DNA of 64,000 bases from an uncultured delta proteobacterium. GTDB taxonomy: Bacteria; Desulfobacterota; Desulfobacteria; Desulfobacterales; JAHEIW01. Where the stretch lies: assembly GCA_963706575.1 (NCBI GenBank), contig CAVPNL010000005.1, positions 32,001 through 96,000 of the forward strand, read 5' to 3'. The position numbers and the translations under genes were made by a program. The notes below the pieces were generated by a model. That model ran no database searches, was not told the origin of the DNA, and saw only the letters and a list, made by a program, of their open reading frames with translations. Of the stretch, positions 48,298 through 58,234 are shown piece after piece (position 1 is the first letter of the stretch; every line of letters begins with the position of its first letter).

Positions 48298-50657
48298 GCC
48301 AGCGTTTGCTGGGCGGAACAGACGCCCTGGTTAACTGGGCGCGAAAATACAGCCTGTGGCCCATGTTTTTTGGGCTCTCATGCTGTTTTGTCGAGGAGGC
48401 GACCGCCCTGACCGCACGTTACGATATGGCCCGTTTCGGAGCGGAAGTCCTGCGCCCCTCCCCGCGGCAGGCCGATCTTTTGATTATCGCCGGCACCGTC
48501 TTTAAAAAAATTGCCCCGGTTGTTCTGCGTCTATATGAGCAGATGGCGGAGCCTAAATGGGTGATCTCCATGGGCTCCTGCTCCAACTGCGGGGGCATGT
48601 ATGACGTTTACAGCGTGGTTCAGGGTGTCGATCAGATTTTACCGGTGGATGTTTATATACCGGGCTGCCCGCCCCGGCCGGAGGCCGTTCTGCAGGGGCT
48701 TGTCATGCTGCAGAAAAAAATTGAAACGGAGAGCCCCGCCCGCTCTATTTTTCATTTAAAGGGCGGCAGCCAGGGAAGCGTCAAGCCCATTCTGGTGGAC
48801 GACCGGACCAAATCCCGCGACCCCCGGGGTCCGGGCATGGAAGGCACCGCCATTCGCGGGACGTCGGCGGTGCCGCCAGAATTCCGGGACAGCCGCTCAG
48901 ATCTCATGTGGGCCCCGCCGCCCCGGCAAATCGAACTCAATCATTCCGATCAAGATCTGACCCGGGTCCTGGGCGCGCAATTCGGCGATGCCGTTGCGCC
49001 TGTTGCGCCGATATCCGATATGCTCACCTTGCAGGTTGCCGAAAACCGGTTTAAAGATGTGCTGCGTTACCTGAAGACCGAGGCAACGCCCAAATATCAG
49101 CGTCTGGATGATCTGACCGCCATTGACGAATCCGCCCGCAGGCAGCCGCAAAACTATCCGGACTACACGATGGTCTATCATCTGCTGTCCTTTGACTCCG
49201 CCAGCCGGCTGCGGCTGAAAGTGCCGTTGCAGGGTCAGGATCCCGTCACCCGGAGCATCACCGATATCTGGCCCTCGGCCAACTGGTATGAGCGGGAAGT
49301 ATTCGATCTGATGGGAATTCGTTTCGAGGGCCATCCGAACCTTTCCCGTATTATCATGCCGCCCGACTGGCAGGGGCATCCGTTAAGAAAAAGCCATCCG
49401 GGTAGAGCCACCGAAATGGCACCTTATACCCGTATAGATGCCGAGAAACTGCAACCTTTAGACGGCGGTGTTTATGCCAAAACGGCGGCAGCTGAGCACC
49501 AATTGATTTTAAATATCGGTCCCCATCATGTCAGCACCCACGGTTTGTTGCGCTATATTGCTTCTTTAAACGGAGAGGAAATCACCGGCCTGGACATGGA
49601 AATCGGCTATCACCACCGGGCCGTCGAAAAAATCGGCGAACGCCAGACCTGGCACCAGTTTATTCCCTATCTGGCACGGGTCGACTACCTGGCCGGGGCG
49701 GCCAATGATCTCCCCTATCTTCTGGCGCTTGAAACCCTGGCTGATATAAAAGTCCCGCAGCGCGCTCAGGTGATCCGGGTGATGCTCAGTGAACTCTTTC
49801 GCCTGAGCAACCATCTGGTCTGGTTTGCGACCTATGCCCACGATGTCGGGGCCATGACGCCGAATTTTTATACCTTTCGCGAACGGGAAATGATTCTCGA
49901 TATTGTCGAACGCATTACCGGAGGACGCTTGCACCCCTCCTGGTTCCGGATCGGCGGGGTGGCCGCGGACCTGCCCGAAGGGTGGAAACCGGCGGTCGAT
50001 GAATTTGTCAAAATATTCCCGCAGCGCTTGCAGGAATACGAGAATTTGATACGTGAAAACCCCATCTTCAAGGCCCGCACCCAGGGTGTCGGTCGCATCT
50101 CATTGCAGGATGCCATGGACTGGGGGGTGACCGGACCCAATCTGCGAAGTTGCGGACTGGAATGGGATTTGCGCAAAAAAATGCCTTATTCGGGGTACGA
50201 AAATTTTGAGTTTGAAATTCCCACTGCAACCGGTGGAGATTGTTATGCCCGCTATCTGGTGCGTGTCGAAGAAATGCGTCAGAGTTTGCGTATCATCGAC
50301 CAGGCGGCCAACAACATGCCCGCCGGCCGTTATGTGACCGATGATTACCGTTATGTGATTCCCAAACGCGAAGACATGCTGAAGGATATCGAAAGCCTGA
50401 TCCATCATTTTGTCAATGTGACCCGCGGGCCAAGAATTCCAGGAGGCGAGGCCTATGCGGCCTGTGAAATACCCAGAGGGGAACAGGGCTATTACGTGGT
50501 CAGCGACGGGCTGGGCTATGCTTATCGGGTGCGCATCCGCGGGCCCGGCTTTGCCAATGTCCAGGTCATGCCAATGATGGCTGTCGGTGAGAGTATCGCG
50601 GATTTAATCGCCATCATTGGTTCGGTTGATTATATTTTGCCGGATATCGACCGTTAA
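48270..50657 (+). CDS. nuoBCD: NADH-quinone oxidoreductase fused subunit B/C/D
   Basis: A single 795-aa ORF carries GLSCC...PGCPP (B), WYEREVFD...GHPLRK (C) and GPHHVSTHG...EIPRGE...DIDR (D). Confidence 0.95.
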   Translation: MGADSPKGLSQRLLGGTDALVNWARKYSLWPMFFGLSCCFVEEATALTARYDMARFGAEVLRPSPRQADLLIIAGTVFKKIAPVVLRLYEQMAEPKWVISMGSCSNCGGMYDVYSVVQGVDQILPVDVYIPGCPPRPEAVLQGLVMLQKKIETESPARSIFHLKGGSQGSVKPILVDDRTKSRDPRGPGMEGTAIRGTSAVPPEFRDSRSDLMWAPPPRQIELNHSDQDLTRVLGAQFGDAVAPVAPISDMLTLQVAENRFKDVLRYLKTEATPKYQRLDDLTAIDESARRQPQNYPDYTMVYHLLSFDSASRLRLKVPLQGQDPVTRSITDIWPSANWYEREVFDLMGIRFEGHPNLSRIIMPPDWQGHPLRKSHPGRATEMAPYTRIDAEKLQPLDGGVYAKTAAAEHQLILNIGPHHVSTHGLLRYIASLNGEEITGLDMEIGYHHRAVEKIGERQTWHQFIPYLARVDYLAGAANDLPYLLALETLADIKVPQRAQVIRVMLSELFRLSNHLVWFATYAHDVGAMTPNFYTFREREMILDIVERITGGRLHPSWFRIGGVAADLPEGWKPAVDEFVKIFPQRLQEYENLIRENPIFKARTQGVGRISLQDAMDWGVTGPNLRSCGLEWDLRKKMPYSGYENFEFEIPTATGGDCYARYLVRVEEMRQSLRIIDQAANNMPAGRYVTDDYRYVIPKREDMLKDIESLIHHFVNVTRGPRIPGGEAYAACEIPRGEQGYYVVSDGLGYAYRVRIRGPGFANVQVMPMMAVGESIADLIAIIGSVDYILPDIDR

Positions 50658-50718
50658 CTCGATTGCGGAATGCGGATTTCTGAATGAAGAAAGGTTACTT
50701 GTAAGTTACTTAGCTATT

Positions 50719-51198
50719 ATGTTGCCGAACGAACTAAAAGAATCACTGGAAGAGAAAATCGCGCATGCCGATCATCCGCGGGAGATGGTGGTTGACGTCA
50801 TGCTGGCGCTGCAGGAGCACTACGGTTTCTTAAGCGATGATGCCGTGGAAGCGGTTGCGGCGTTATTGGGGATGTCGCCTCTGGAAGTGGAGGAGCTCGC
50901 CACCTTCTATACCTTTATTTACCGTGAGCCGGTCGGAAAATATGTGATTCATGTCTGTGACAGTGTGATTTGCTGGATGGACGGGGTTGGATCCATATCC
51001 ATACAGGATTATCTTTGCCGAAAACTGGATATCGCTGTGGGCGCCACCTCGGCGGATGGACTATTTACGCTTTTGCCGGTCTGCTGTATCGGATATTGTG
51101 ATTTGTCGCCGGCCATGCTGATCAACCGCAAGGTTTACGGGCATCTGACACCGCAGAAGATCGATGAAATATTAGAAAAATTGAAATCAGAAGCATGA
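50719..51198 (+). CDS. nuoE: NADH-quinone oxidoreductase subunit E
   Basis: ATFY, CDSVIC, CIGYC. ATG 50719 chosen as the start. Confidence 0.94.
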   Translation: MLPNELKESLEEKIAHADHPREMVVDVMLALQEHYGFLSDDAVEAVAALLGMSPLEVEELATFYTFIYREPVGKYVIHVCDSVICWMDGVGSISIQDYLCRKLDIAVGATSADGLFTLLPVCCIGYCDLSPAMLINRKVYGHLTPQKIDEILEKLKSEA

Positions 51199-51201
51199 GA
51201 A

Positions 51202-51307
51202 GATTTCGGAATGCGGAATGCGGATTTCGGATTAACGCATTCACCATTTAACTCATTATGCTTCCTTTAACTTTAGGCATTTTAGGCACTTTTAATTTTA
51301 GGCATTT
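51202..51307. repeat. Half-cassettes of the (GATTKCG/GAATGCG)n and (TTTAGGCA)n families
   Basis: GATTTCGGAATGCGGAATGCGGATTTCGGATT and CTTTAGGCATTTTAGGCACTTTTAATTTTAGGCATTT. Confidence 0.8.
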
Positions 51308-51310
51308 ACG

Positions 51311-52579
51311 ATGAAGTATCCTCAGATCTTACTTGAAAACCGCAAACCGGACCGCATTACCACACTGGAAGAATACGAACAAAGCGGTGGGTATCAGAGC
51401 TTGAAAGCGGCTATCTCCGAGCACGGCGAAGCGGGCATCCAGCAGATGATTGAGGATGCCAGCCTGCTGGGGCGCGGCGGCGCAGCCTTTCCGGCGGGTT
51501 TAAAACTGAAATCAGTGGCCGCCGACGCGCCGTCTCCGCGATATATCGTTTGCAATGCCGATGAAATGGAGCCCGGCACCTTTAAAGATCGGGTGTTGAT
51601 CCACGCCAATCCCCACATGATCATCGAAGGTATGATCATTGCCGGGTTTTCGATTCAAGCGCAAAAGGGCATTATTTTCATCCGGCCGGAGTACGAAAGC
51701 GGCGCCCGAATTTTAGAACGCGAGGTCAAAGCGGCCGAAGCAGCCGGCTATCTGGGTAAAAATATACTGGGAAGTCATTACACCCTGGAGATTGTTGTTC
51801 ACCGTAGCGGCGGCCGGTACATCTGCGGCGAGGTGACGGCCCAGTTGAATGCCTTAATGGGCAAACGGCCCAATCCCGTGCAACCGCCACCGTATCCAAC
51901 CGAAAAAGGGGTCTGGGGCCTGCCCACGGTGCTCAGCAACGTGGAAACCTTTGCCTGCGTGCCGCACATTATCCGCCGGGGTCCTGACTGGTTCAAAGGC
52001 CTGGCCAAAACCGAAACCGCTGCGGGAACCAAAATCTTTTGCGTCAGCGGCAGGGTGAAGCGGCCCGGCTGTTATGAGCTGCCCATGGGAGTCCGATTAA
52101 GTGAGATTATTAATGATTATGCCGGCGGCATGCTGGACGGCTCGGAATACAAGGCCTGTTTGCCCGGAGGCGCTTCAACCGGGTTTCTTCCCAAAGAGCA
52201 CTTTGACATTGAAATGGATTTTGAATCCCTCAAAAAGGTCGGAAACAGACTGGGAACCGGCGCCATTATGGTTTTTGACCACAAAACCTGCCTGGTGGCG
52301 GCGACCTTGAATTTAACCGAGTTTTTTACCAGAGAATCCTGCGGCTGGTGCACCCCCTGCCGGGAAGGTCTGCCGTATATCCGCGATTTGCTTTTGCGCC
52401 TGGAAAAGGGTGAAGGCCGGGAAGATTTTATCCCTTTGCTGGAAGAAATGGGCAGGCATCTCTGGAGCGCATACTGTGCGTTCGCACCCGGAGCCGTCGC
52501 GCCTTTGCAAAGTTTGCTGGCGCAATTCCGGGACGAGGTAGAGGCGCATATTCGTCAGAAGAAATGTCCATTCAGTTAA
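51311..52579 (+). CDS. nuoF: NADH-quinone oxidoreductase subunit F
   Basis: GRGGAAF, NADEMEPGTFKDR, YICGE, ESCGWCTPCREG. Confidence 0.96.
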   Translation: MKYPQILLENRKPDRITTLEEYEQSGGYQSLKAAISEHGEAGIQQMIEDASLLGRGGAAFPAGLKLKSVAADAPSPRYIVCNADEMEPGTFKDRVLIHANPHMIIEGMIIAGFSIQAQKGIIFIRPEYESGARILEREVKAAEAAGYLGKNILGSHYTLEIVVHRSGGRYICGEVTAQLNALMGKRPNPVQPPPYPTEKGVWGLPTVLSNVETFACVPHIIRRGPDWFKGLAKTETAAGTKIFCVSGRVKRPGCYELPMGVRLSEIINDYAGGMLDGSEYKACLPGGASTGFLPKEHFDIEMDFESLKKVGNRLGTGAIMVFDHKTCLVAATLNLTEFFTRESCGWCTPCREGLPYIRDLLLRLEKGEGREDFIPLLEEMGRHLWSAYCAFAPGAVAPLQSLLAQFRDEVEAHIRQKKCPFS

Positions 52580-52610
52580 CTGGCAGTCAATACAAATTTA
52601 TGATTTGTTT

Positions 52611-52635
52611 CGGTCGGCGCGGAGGCCGACCCTAC
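52611..52635 (-). repeat. GTAG-type REP-like palindrome
   Basis: Minus strand reads GTAG-GGTCGGC-ctccgc-GCCGACC. Confidence 0.65.
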
Positions 52636-52664
52636 TTGTGAATTAAAGATCTTGGAATGTTGGA

Positions 52665-55163
52665 ATGCCTAAACTCGTTATCGATGATCGTGAAATCGAA
52701 GTTGCGCCGGGAACCAAGGTGATCGAAGCTGCGCAAAAGCTGGGCATCATGATCCCGCGGTTATGTTACCATCCGGCTCTGGGTTCGGTGGGCGCCTGCC
52801 GGGTGTGTGCCGTTAAATTTTTACAGGGCCCGTTTAAAGGGGTGCAGATGAGCTGCATGGTGGCCGCCCAGGACGACATGGTGGTGTCCACCACCGACAA
52901 AGAAGCGGTCGCTTTCCGCAAATATGTGATTGAATGGCTGATGCTCAATCATCCCCACGATTGTCCGGTGTGCGATGAGGGCGGACATTGCCTGCTGCAG
53001 GATATGACGGTTTCCGGCGGCCACGGAATCCGAAGATACCTGGGGAAGAAGCGCACCTACGCCGACCAGTATCTGGGTCCCTTGCTCCAGCACGAAATGA
53101 ATCGCTGTATTCATTGTTACCGCTGTGCCAGATTTTATCAGGAATTCAGCGGTTATCGGGATCTGGGAGTCATGCAATCCGCCAATCAAACCTATTTTGG
53201 ACGTTTTGAAGACGGTGTCCTGGAAAGCCCCTTTTCAGGCAACCTGAGCGATATCTGTCCGACCGGCGTTTACACCGATAAGCCCGCCCGTTTTTTTGGC
53301 CGACGCTGGGATTTCGAGCGCAGTCCTTCATTATGTATTAGTTGCTCTTTAGGCTGCCATACGGTCGTAAGCTGCCGGTATCGTAAAGTCGTCAGGCAAG
53401 AAGCCCGGTTCAGTAATTCGGTAAACGGTTACTTCATTTGCGACCGGGGCCGCTATGGATTTTTCTATGCCGATCTGGAGCAGCGACCCCGCAGAGCCAT
53501 GATTGATGGTGAAGCGGTGGCTGTCGATCAGGCGGTTAATGTTCTGAAACAAAGGCTGGAGACCATCATGAACAAGGCCGGTAAGGCAGCGGTTGCCTGT
53601 GCGGGATCTACCCGCAGCAGTCTTGAAACGCTGGCCATGTTGAAACGGGCATCTCAGGTCAACGGATGGTCAGCGCCGGCTTATTTTGTGGATACGGCCA
53701 GTGCTCGTAGGGTGAAATCCGCTGTTGCCAGACTAGAACCCGATCTGATGGTCTCGCTGCGTGAAATTGAGTCAGCCGATTTTGTTTTAATGGTCGGCGC
53801 CGATGCGGTTAATGAAGCGCCGATGCTGGCTCCGGCCATGCGCCAGGCCCGGCGAAATAGTGCAACGATTGCCGTCATTGATCCCCGCCCGGTTTTTCTG
53901 CCTTTCGCATTTGAGCATTTGCCCGCAAAACTGGAAGAGCTCGATGGTTACCTCGCAGCGGTGATAAAAGCAGCGATCGATCCAGCTGCCCTTGAAGAAC
54001 AGGAAGAAACCACCCGTAAATTCTTTGCGGCTCTTCCGGAAATAGAGCCGGTGACGCGATTACAGCCAGAAAAAATATCTGCTCTGGCCGAAAAACTGAG
54101 AACCAGTCAGCGCCCGGTCATCGTTTGTGGCACGGATGCCGTGCGTCGACAGACACCCGCCCTGGCAGCCGATGTTACCCTGTTGTTGCAGGCCGCCGGC
54201 AAACAGGCGGGCTTGTTTTATTTAGTGCCCGGAGCCAATGCATTTGCGGCTGGGTTGCTTTCGGATAATACAGATTCATTTGAAACCCTTGTCGAAGATA
54301 TTGAAAAGGATTCAATTAAAGGGCTTATTCTGGTGGAAAGTAATCCGCTCTGGAAGTTTCCGGACCGGCAAAGGCTTGAAAAAGCACTGGCGCGTCTGGA
54401 GTTGATGGTTGTAATGGACTATCTGAATTCTGAAACCGCCCAGAAAGCCCATATATTCCTGCCCACGACAACGCTGTATGAATCGGGGGGTATTTATCTG
54501 AATCAGGAGGCCAGGGTCCAGATGGCGCAACCCGCTTACCGGGGCGGTGCCTCCATCGGTCTTACCGGCGGCGGGGACCATCCACCCCGGGTCTATGGCA
54601 CGGGAATCCCCGGCAATGAGCCTGCGGCAGCCTGGCAGCTACTGGATTATTTGATAGATGATGGAAAGCAGCCGACGGCGAAAGATCTGCGAGCCGGCAT
54701 ATGGAATTGGCTGGCAGAGACCGAATCCGGATTTAAAGAGCTGGGGACCATTGAGGAAATTCCCGATGACGGTGTGCGGTTTTATCGGCCGCCGGATTTA
54801 TCAGGGCGCTTTTCAAGCGAATTCCCCGGCGGCAGTTCCGTTAGTGATGGGCATTTGGAACTGATTGCCGTTGAGCGGACATTCGGCACCGAGGCGCTTG
54901 CGGCCCTGTCGGATTGTCTGGCGGAGCTTGCGGGGACGCCTGCTGTTTTGATGGGTTCAGACGATGCGGCAGAATTGAGCCTGACTGATGGGGATGTGGT
55001 GTCCATCGAACTCGATCGGGGAACCATCGAAGTCAAATTGCAGGTGGCCGATCTTATGGCCGCCGGCACGCTGATCATCCCCCGGCGCAAAGACCTGGAC
55101 TGGCAAAAATTGGGAACCGGTCAGACGCTGGTTCCAAAAGACCGGATACGGAAGATAAGATAA
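52665..55163 (+). CDS. nuoG: NADH-quinone oxidoreductase subunit G
   Basis: CYH...CRVC, HPHDCPVCD, CIHCYRC, CISCSLGC...CDRGR (N7-type cluster motif). Confidence 0.96.
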   Translation: MPKLVIDDREIEVAPGTKVIEAAQKLGIMIPRLCYHPALGSVGACRVCAVKFLQGPFKGVQMSCMVAAQDDMVVSTTDKEAVAFRKYVIEWLMLNHPHDCPVCDEGGHCLLQDMTVSGGHGIRRYLGKKRTYADQYLGPLLQHEMNRCIHCYRCARFYQEFSGYRDLGVMQSANQTYFGRFEDGVLESPFSGNLSDICPTGVYTDKPARFFGRRWDFERSPSLCISCSLGCHTVVSCRYRKVVRQEARFSNSVNGYFICDRGRYGFFYADLEQRPRRAMIDGEAVAVDQAVNVLKQRLETIMNKAGKAAVACAGSTRSSLETLAMLKRASQVNGWSAPAYFVDTASARRVKSAVARLEPDLMVSLREIESADFVLMVGADAVNEAPMLAPAMRQARRNSATIAVIDPRPVFLPFAFEHLPAKLEELDGYLAAVIKAAIDPAALEEQEETTRKFFAALPEIEPVTRLQPEKISALAEKLRTSQRPVIVCGTDAVRRQTPALAADVTLLLQAAGKQAGLFYLVPGANAFAAGLLSDNTDSFETLVEDIEKDSIKGLILVESNPLWKFPDRQRLEKALARLELMVVMDYLNSETAQKAHIFLPTTTLYESGGIYLNQEARVQMAQPAYRGGASIGLTGGGDHPPRVYGTGIPGNEPAAAWQLLDYLIDDGKQPTAKDLRAGIWNWLAETESGFKELGTIEEIPDDGVRFYRPPDLSGRFSSEFPGGSSVSDGHLELIAVERTFGTEALAALSDCLAELAGTPAVLMGSDDAAELSLTDGDVVSIELDRGTIEVKLQVADLMAAGTLIIPRRKDLDWQKLGTGQTLVPKDRIRKIR

Positions 55164-55180
55164 ACGAATAATTTATTCCA

Positions 55181-56185
55181 ATGGCGAACGGAACGATTAT
55201 GGTAACCTGGATTGCTGGATTCATCATACTGATTGTAAAATTGGGTGTTGTGCTTCTGGTTTTGCTGCTACTGGCTGCATACCTCGTGTGGCTGGAACGC
55301 AAATTTCTGGCAAGACTGCAGATTCGCTACGGCCCGAACCGGGCCGGAAAGTTCGGGCTGCTTCAGCCGATTGCGGATAGCATCAAGATGCTCACCAAGG
55401 AAGATATCGTTCCGGCGGCAGCGGATCGTTTTATTTTTCTGCTGGCACCTGCGGTGGTCGCCACGACGGCCCTGATGATGTTTGCCGTCGTTCCGTTTGG
55501 AAGCAGCCTAACGCTTTTTGGGAAAAAGGTGCCGCTCGTAATAACGGATCTGAACGTGGGGCTGCTCTTTGTCTTTGCGCTTTCTTCTTTAGGGGTCTAT
55601 GGTGTTGCAATGGGCGGCTGGGCCTCCAATTCGAAATACAGCCTCCTGGGCGGTATCCGCGGGGCGGCGCAGATGATCAGCTATGAGTTGGCCCTGGGGC
55701 TTTCCCTGGTTCCGATTGTCATGCTGGCGGACTCCTTCAGCATTGTGGAAATAGTTAAGGCTCAGGAGAGGTACCCGTTTATTTTGGTCCAGCCCTTTGC
55801 GTTTGTCATCTTCATGATTAGCGCCATGGCTGAAAGCAAACGGATTCCCTTTGATCTGCCCGAGGCTGAAAACGAGCTGGGGGCCGGCTACCACACCGAG
55901 TACAGTGGAATTCGCTTCGGGCTTTTTTTTCTGGGAGAATATGTCCATCTGCAGGTGCTGGGTGCGCTGGTGGCGGTCCTTTTTTTGGGCGGCTGGCGGG
56001 GCCCCATCCTGCCGCCGCCGGTATGGCTTTTTATTAAAATCATTTTTGTGGCGTTGATAATGATCTGGGTGCGGGGGACCCTGCCGCGACTGCGTTATGA
56101 TCAACTCATGGCGCTGGGGTGGAAAGTATTAATTCCAGCGGCTTTGATAAACATAATGGTAACCGGTGCAGTGCTGCTGATGTAA
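55181..56185 (+). CDS. nuoH: NADH-quinone oxidoreductase subunit H
   Basis: GPNRAG, QPIADSIK, PFDLPEAE, PRLRYDQ. Confidence 0.96.
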   Translation: MANGTIMVTWIAGFIILIVKLGVVLLVLLLLAAYLVWLERKFLARLQIRYGPNRAGKFGLLQPIADSIKMLTKEDIVPAAADRFIFLLAPAVVATTALMMFAVVPFGSSLTLFGKKVPLVITDLNVGLLFVFALSSLGVYGVAMGGWASNSKYSLLGGIRGAAQMISYELALGLSLVPIVMLADSFSIVEIVKAQERYPFILVQPFAFVIFMISAMAESKRIPFDLPEAENELGAGYHTEYSGIRFGLFFLGEYVHLQVLGALVAVLFLGGWRGPILPPPVWLFIKIIFVALIMIWVRGTLPRLRYDQLMALGWKVLIPAALINIMVTGAVLLM

Positions 56186-56203
56186 GATTCGAAATAGCAA
56201 TAA

Positions 56204-56300
56204 GAATTCAGGGATTAAGAATTTAGGAATTGAGGAATTCAAATCGAGAAGAATCCTCATTGCCAATTCCTAAATTCCAGAATACCTAAACACCTAAATT
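56204..56300. repeat. Inverted octamer-repeat cassette (GGAATTTA)n/(TAAATTCC)n
   Basis: GAATTCAGGGATTAAGAATTTAGGAATTGAGGAATT...CAATTCCTAAATTCCAGAATACCTAAACACCTAAATT. Confidence 0.8.
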
Positions 56301-56318
56301 TGAAAGTTTATAGAAATT

Positions 56319-56855
56319 ATGTCATCTGCCTTAGAAGCAGCAAAAGCCCTTGCAGTTGGCTTTGCAACAACATTCAAGCATCTCTTTCGAAAGCCCATAA
56401 CGGAAGAATACCCGGAATATAAACGCCCGTTGCCGGCGCGCAGCCGGGCCCGCATCATTCTGACCCGGGATCCCGACGGCGCTGAACGCTGCGTGGCCTG
56501 TTATCTGTGTTCGGCGGTTTGCCCGGTCAGCTGCATCTCCATGCAATCGGCCGAAGGAGAAGGCGGGCGGCGATATGCTCAATGGTTTCGAATTAACTTT
56601 GGCCGCTGTATCTATTGCGGTCTGTGCGAAGAAGCCTGCCCGACTTCCGCCATTCAGCTCACACCGGATTTTGAGAACTGTCAAAGAGATATCCTGACGC
56701 TGGTTTTCGAGAAAAAAGATCTGCTTGTCGATCACCAGGGTAAAGATAAAGAATATAATTTCTACAAATATGCCGGCGTGGTCACCGGGGTGGGGGAAAA
56801 AGGTGAGCATGTCAAGGAGGATAAGCCGGTCAATATAAAATCTAATCTCCCTTGA
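56319..56855 (+). CDS. nuoI: NADH-quinone oxidoreductase subunit I
   Basis: CVACYLCSAVCP and CIYCGLCEEACP. Confidence 0.96.
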   Translation: MSSALEAAKALAVGFATTFKHLFRKPITEEYPEYKRPLPARSRARIILTRDPDGAERCVACYLCSAVCPVSCISMQSAEGEGGRRYAQWFRINFGRCIYCGLCEEACPTSAIQLTPDFENCQRDILTLVFEKKDLLVDHQGKDKEYNFYKYAGVVTGVGEKGEHVKEDKPVNIKSNLP

Positions 56856-56861
56856 TATCAA

Positions 56862-57000
56862 TGGAGTATTGGAGCGATGGAGTAAAATCAATTGCGGATT
56901 TTAGATTGCGGATTGCGGATTGAAATACCTGATGTGCCGAATATTTAAAATCCGAAATCTGCAATCCGCATTCCGAAATCTTATTCACTCCAGTACTCCA
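56862..57000. repeat. Nested inverted cassettes: outer (TGGAGTAT)n, inner (GATTGCG)n
   Basis: TGGAGTATTGGAGCGATGGAGTA...CACTCCAGTACTCCA encloses ATTGCGGATTTTAGATTGCGGATTGCGGATT...AATCCGAAATCTGCAATCCGCATTCCGAAAT. Confidence 0.88.
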
Positions 57001-57053
57001 GATAAAAGCGGAGTTGTTAAATATCTTCACATCAAAAACTGACTTAAAATTTT

Positions 57054-57560
57054 ATGACACTGTACGCTCTCATATTCTACATCTTAGCCGCCATTATTCT
57101 GATCACCACCGGTTTGGCCATCACGCGGCGCAACCTGGTGCATGCCGTGGTGTATCTGGTTTTTTCTTTTTTCGGCAGCGCCATGATCTTTTATCTTTTC
57201 GGGGCGCCGCTTCTGGCGGTACTGGAAGTGATTATTTATGCCGGTGCCATTATGATTCTTTTTCTATTTATCATCATGATGGTCAAAGCGGAGACTTCAG
57301 AAAAGCGGTTGTTTGCGATTCAACAATGGCTGCCGATTGTCCTGATCGCGGTCGTCTATCTTGTTATCGGTGCCGTAATTGTTTCTTCTGCCCCCGGCAG
57401 CCAGGTTACGCTGGAAATCGCACTCGCCAAACCAAAAGCATTCGGCGAATATTTGTTTCAAAGACACTGGCTGGTCATCGAAATCGTCTCGTTGCTGCTG
57501 CTGATTGCACTCGTCGGTGCACTTTATCTGGGGCGCAAGAAGCCCGGGGAAAATATTTGA
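57054..57560 (+). CDS. nuoJ: NADH-quinone oxidoreductase subunit J
   Basis: IYAGAIMILFLF; position in the operon. Confidence 0.94.
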   Translation: MTLYALIFYILAAIILITTGLAITRRNLVHAVVYLVFSFFGSAMIFYLFGAPLLAVLEVIIYAGAIMILFLFIIMMVKAETSEKRLFAIQQWLPIVLIAVVYLVIGAVIVSSAPGSQVTLEIALAKPKAFGEYLFQRHWLVIEIVSLLLLIALVGALYLGRKKPGENI

Positions 57561-57603
57561 AAAGTTACAAAGTTCTTACAAGATGAAACCAAATTAGCGT
57601 TTA

Positions 57604-57679
57604 ACCACGAAGATCACGAAGAGCCCGAAGAATGACTTTTTTTTAAAAAAAACTTCGTGAACTTCGTGTCCTTCGTGGT
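57604..57679. repeat. Inverted nonamer-repeat cassette (CACGAAG)n/(CTTCGTG)n
   Basis: ACCACGAAGATCACGAAGAGCCCGAAG...CTTCGTGAACTTCGTGTCCTTCGTGGT. Confidence 0.88.
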
Positions 57680-57744
57680 GATAAAAATTCTGGTAGGAAA
57701 AGCTAAATCTTAATTTTAAGAAACCCACAAATTAAAGATAAATT

Positions 57745-58047
57745 ATGATCGTTCCATTTGGCCATGTTCTGATATTATGCGGGCTTCTTTTCCTGATGGG
57801 GGTATTTTGTGCGGTTGTGCGTCGTAACCTGATCATGATTGTGCTGGGCGTGGAAATTATGTTAAACGCCGCCTCCATTGCTTTTGTGGGCGCCGCATTG
57901 CGATGGCAACAGCTGGAAGGCCAGGTGTTCGCCCTTTTTATCTTAGCAGTGGCAGCCGCAGAGGTATCCGTTGGGCTGGCTTTGATTGTTTATGTTTACA
58001 GAAGGACCGGGTCATTTGATCCGGAAGCGTATAACCTTTTGAAATGA
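57745..58047 (+). CDS. nuoK: NADH-quinone oxidoreductase subunit K
   Basis: VEIMLNA, AAAEVSVGLA. Confidence 0.95.
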   Translation: MIVPFGHVLILCGLLFLMGVFCAVVRRNLIMIVLGVEIMLNAASIAFVGAALRWQQLEGQVFALFILAVAAAEVSVGLALIVYVYRRTGSFDPEAYNLLK

Positions 58048-58056
58048 AGAATAACA

Positions 58057-58215
58057 TGGAGTTATGAAGTGGTGGGGTAAAATTAATTGCGGATTTTAGA
58101 TTGCGGATTGAAATATCAGACATGTCGGCATTAAAAATCCGAAATCTGCAACCCCGAAATTTTAATCGTTTGAATTTTCCGGTAGCGTATTGCTCCATTG
58201 CCAACAAATTACTCT
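58057..58215. repeat. Degenerate paralogue of the 56862-57000 nested cassette
   Basis: GTAAAATTAATTGCGGATTTTAGATTGCGGATTGAAATA...AAAATCCGAAATCTGCAA is shared with 56882-56963. Confidence 0.82.
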
Positions 58216-58234
58216 CTAAACATCGAGTGACCGT

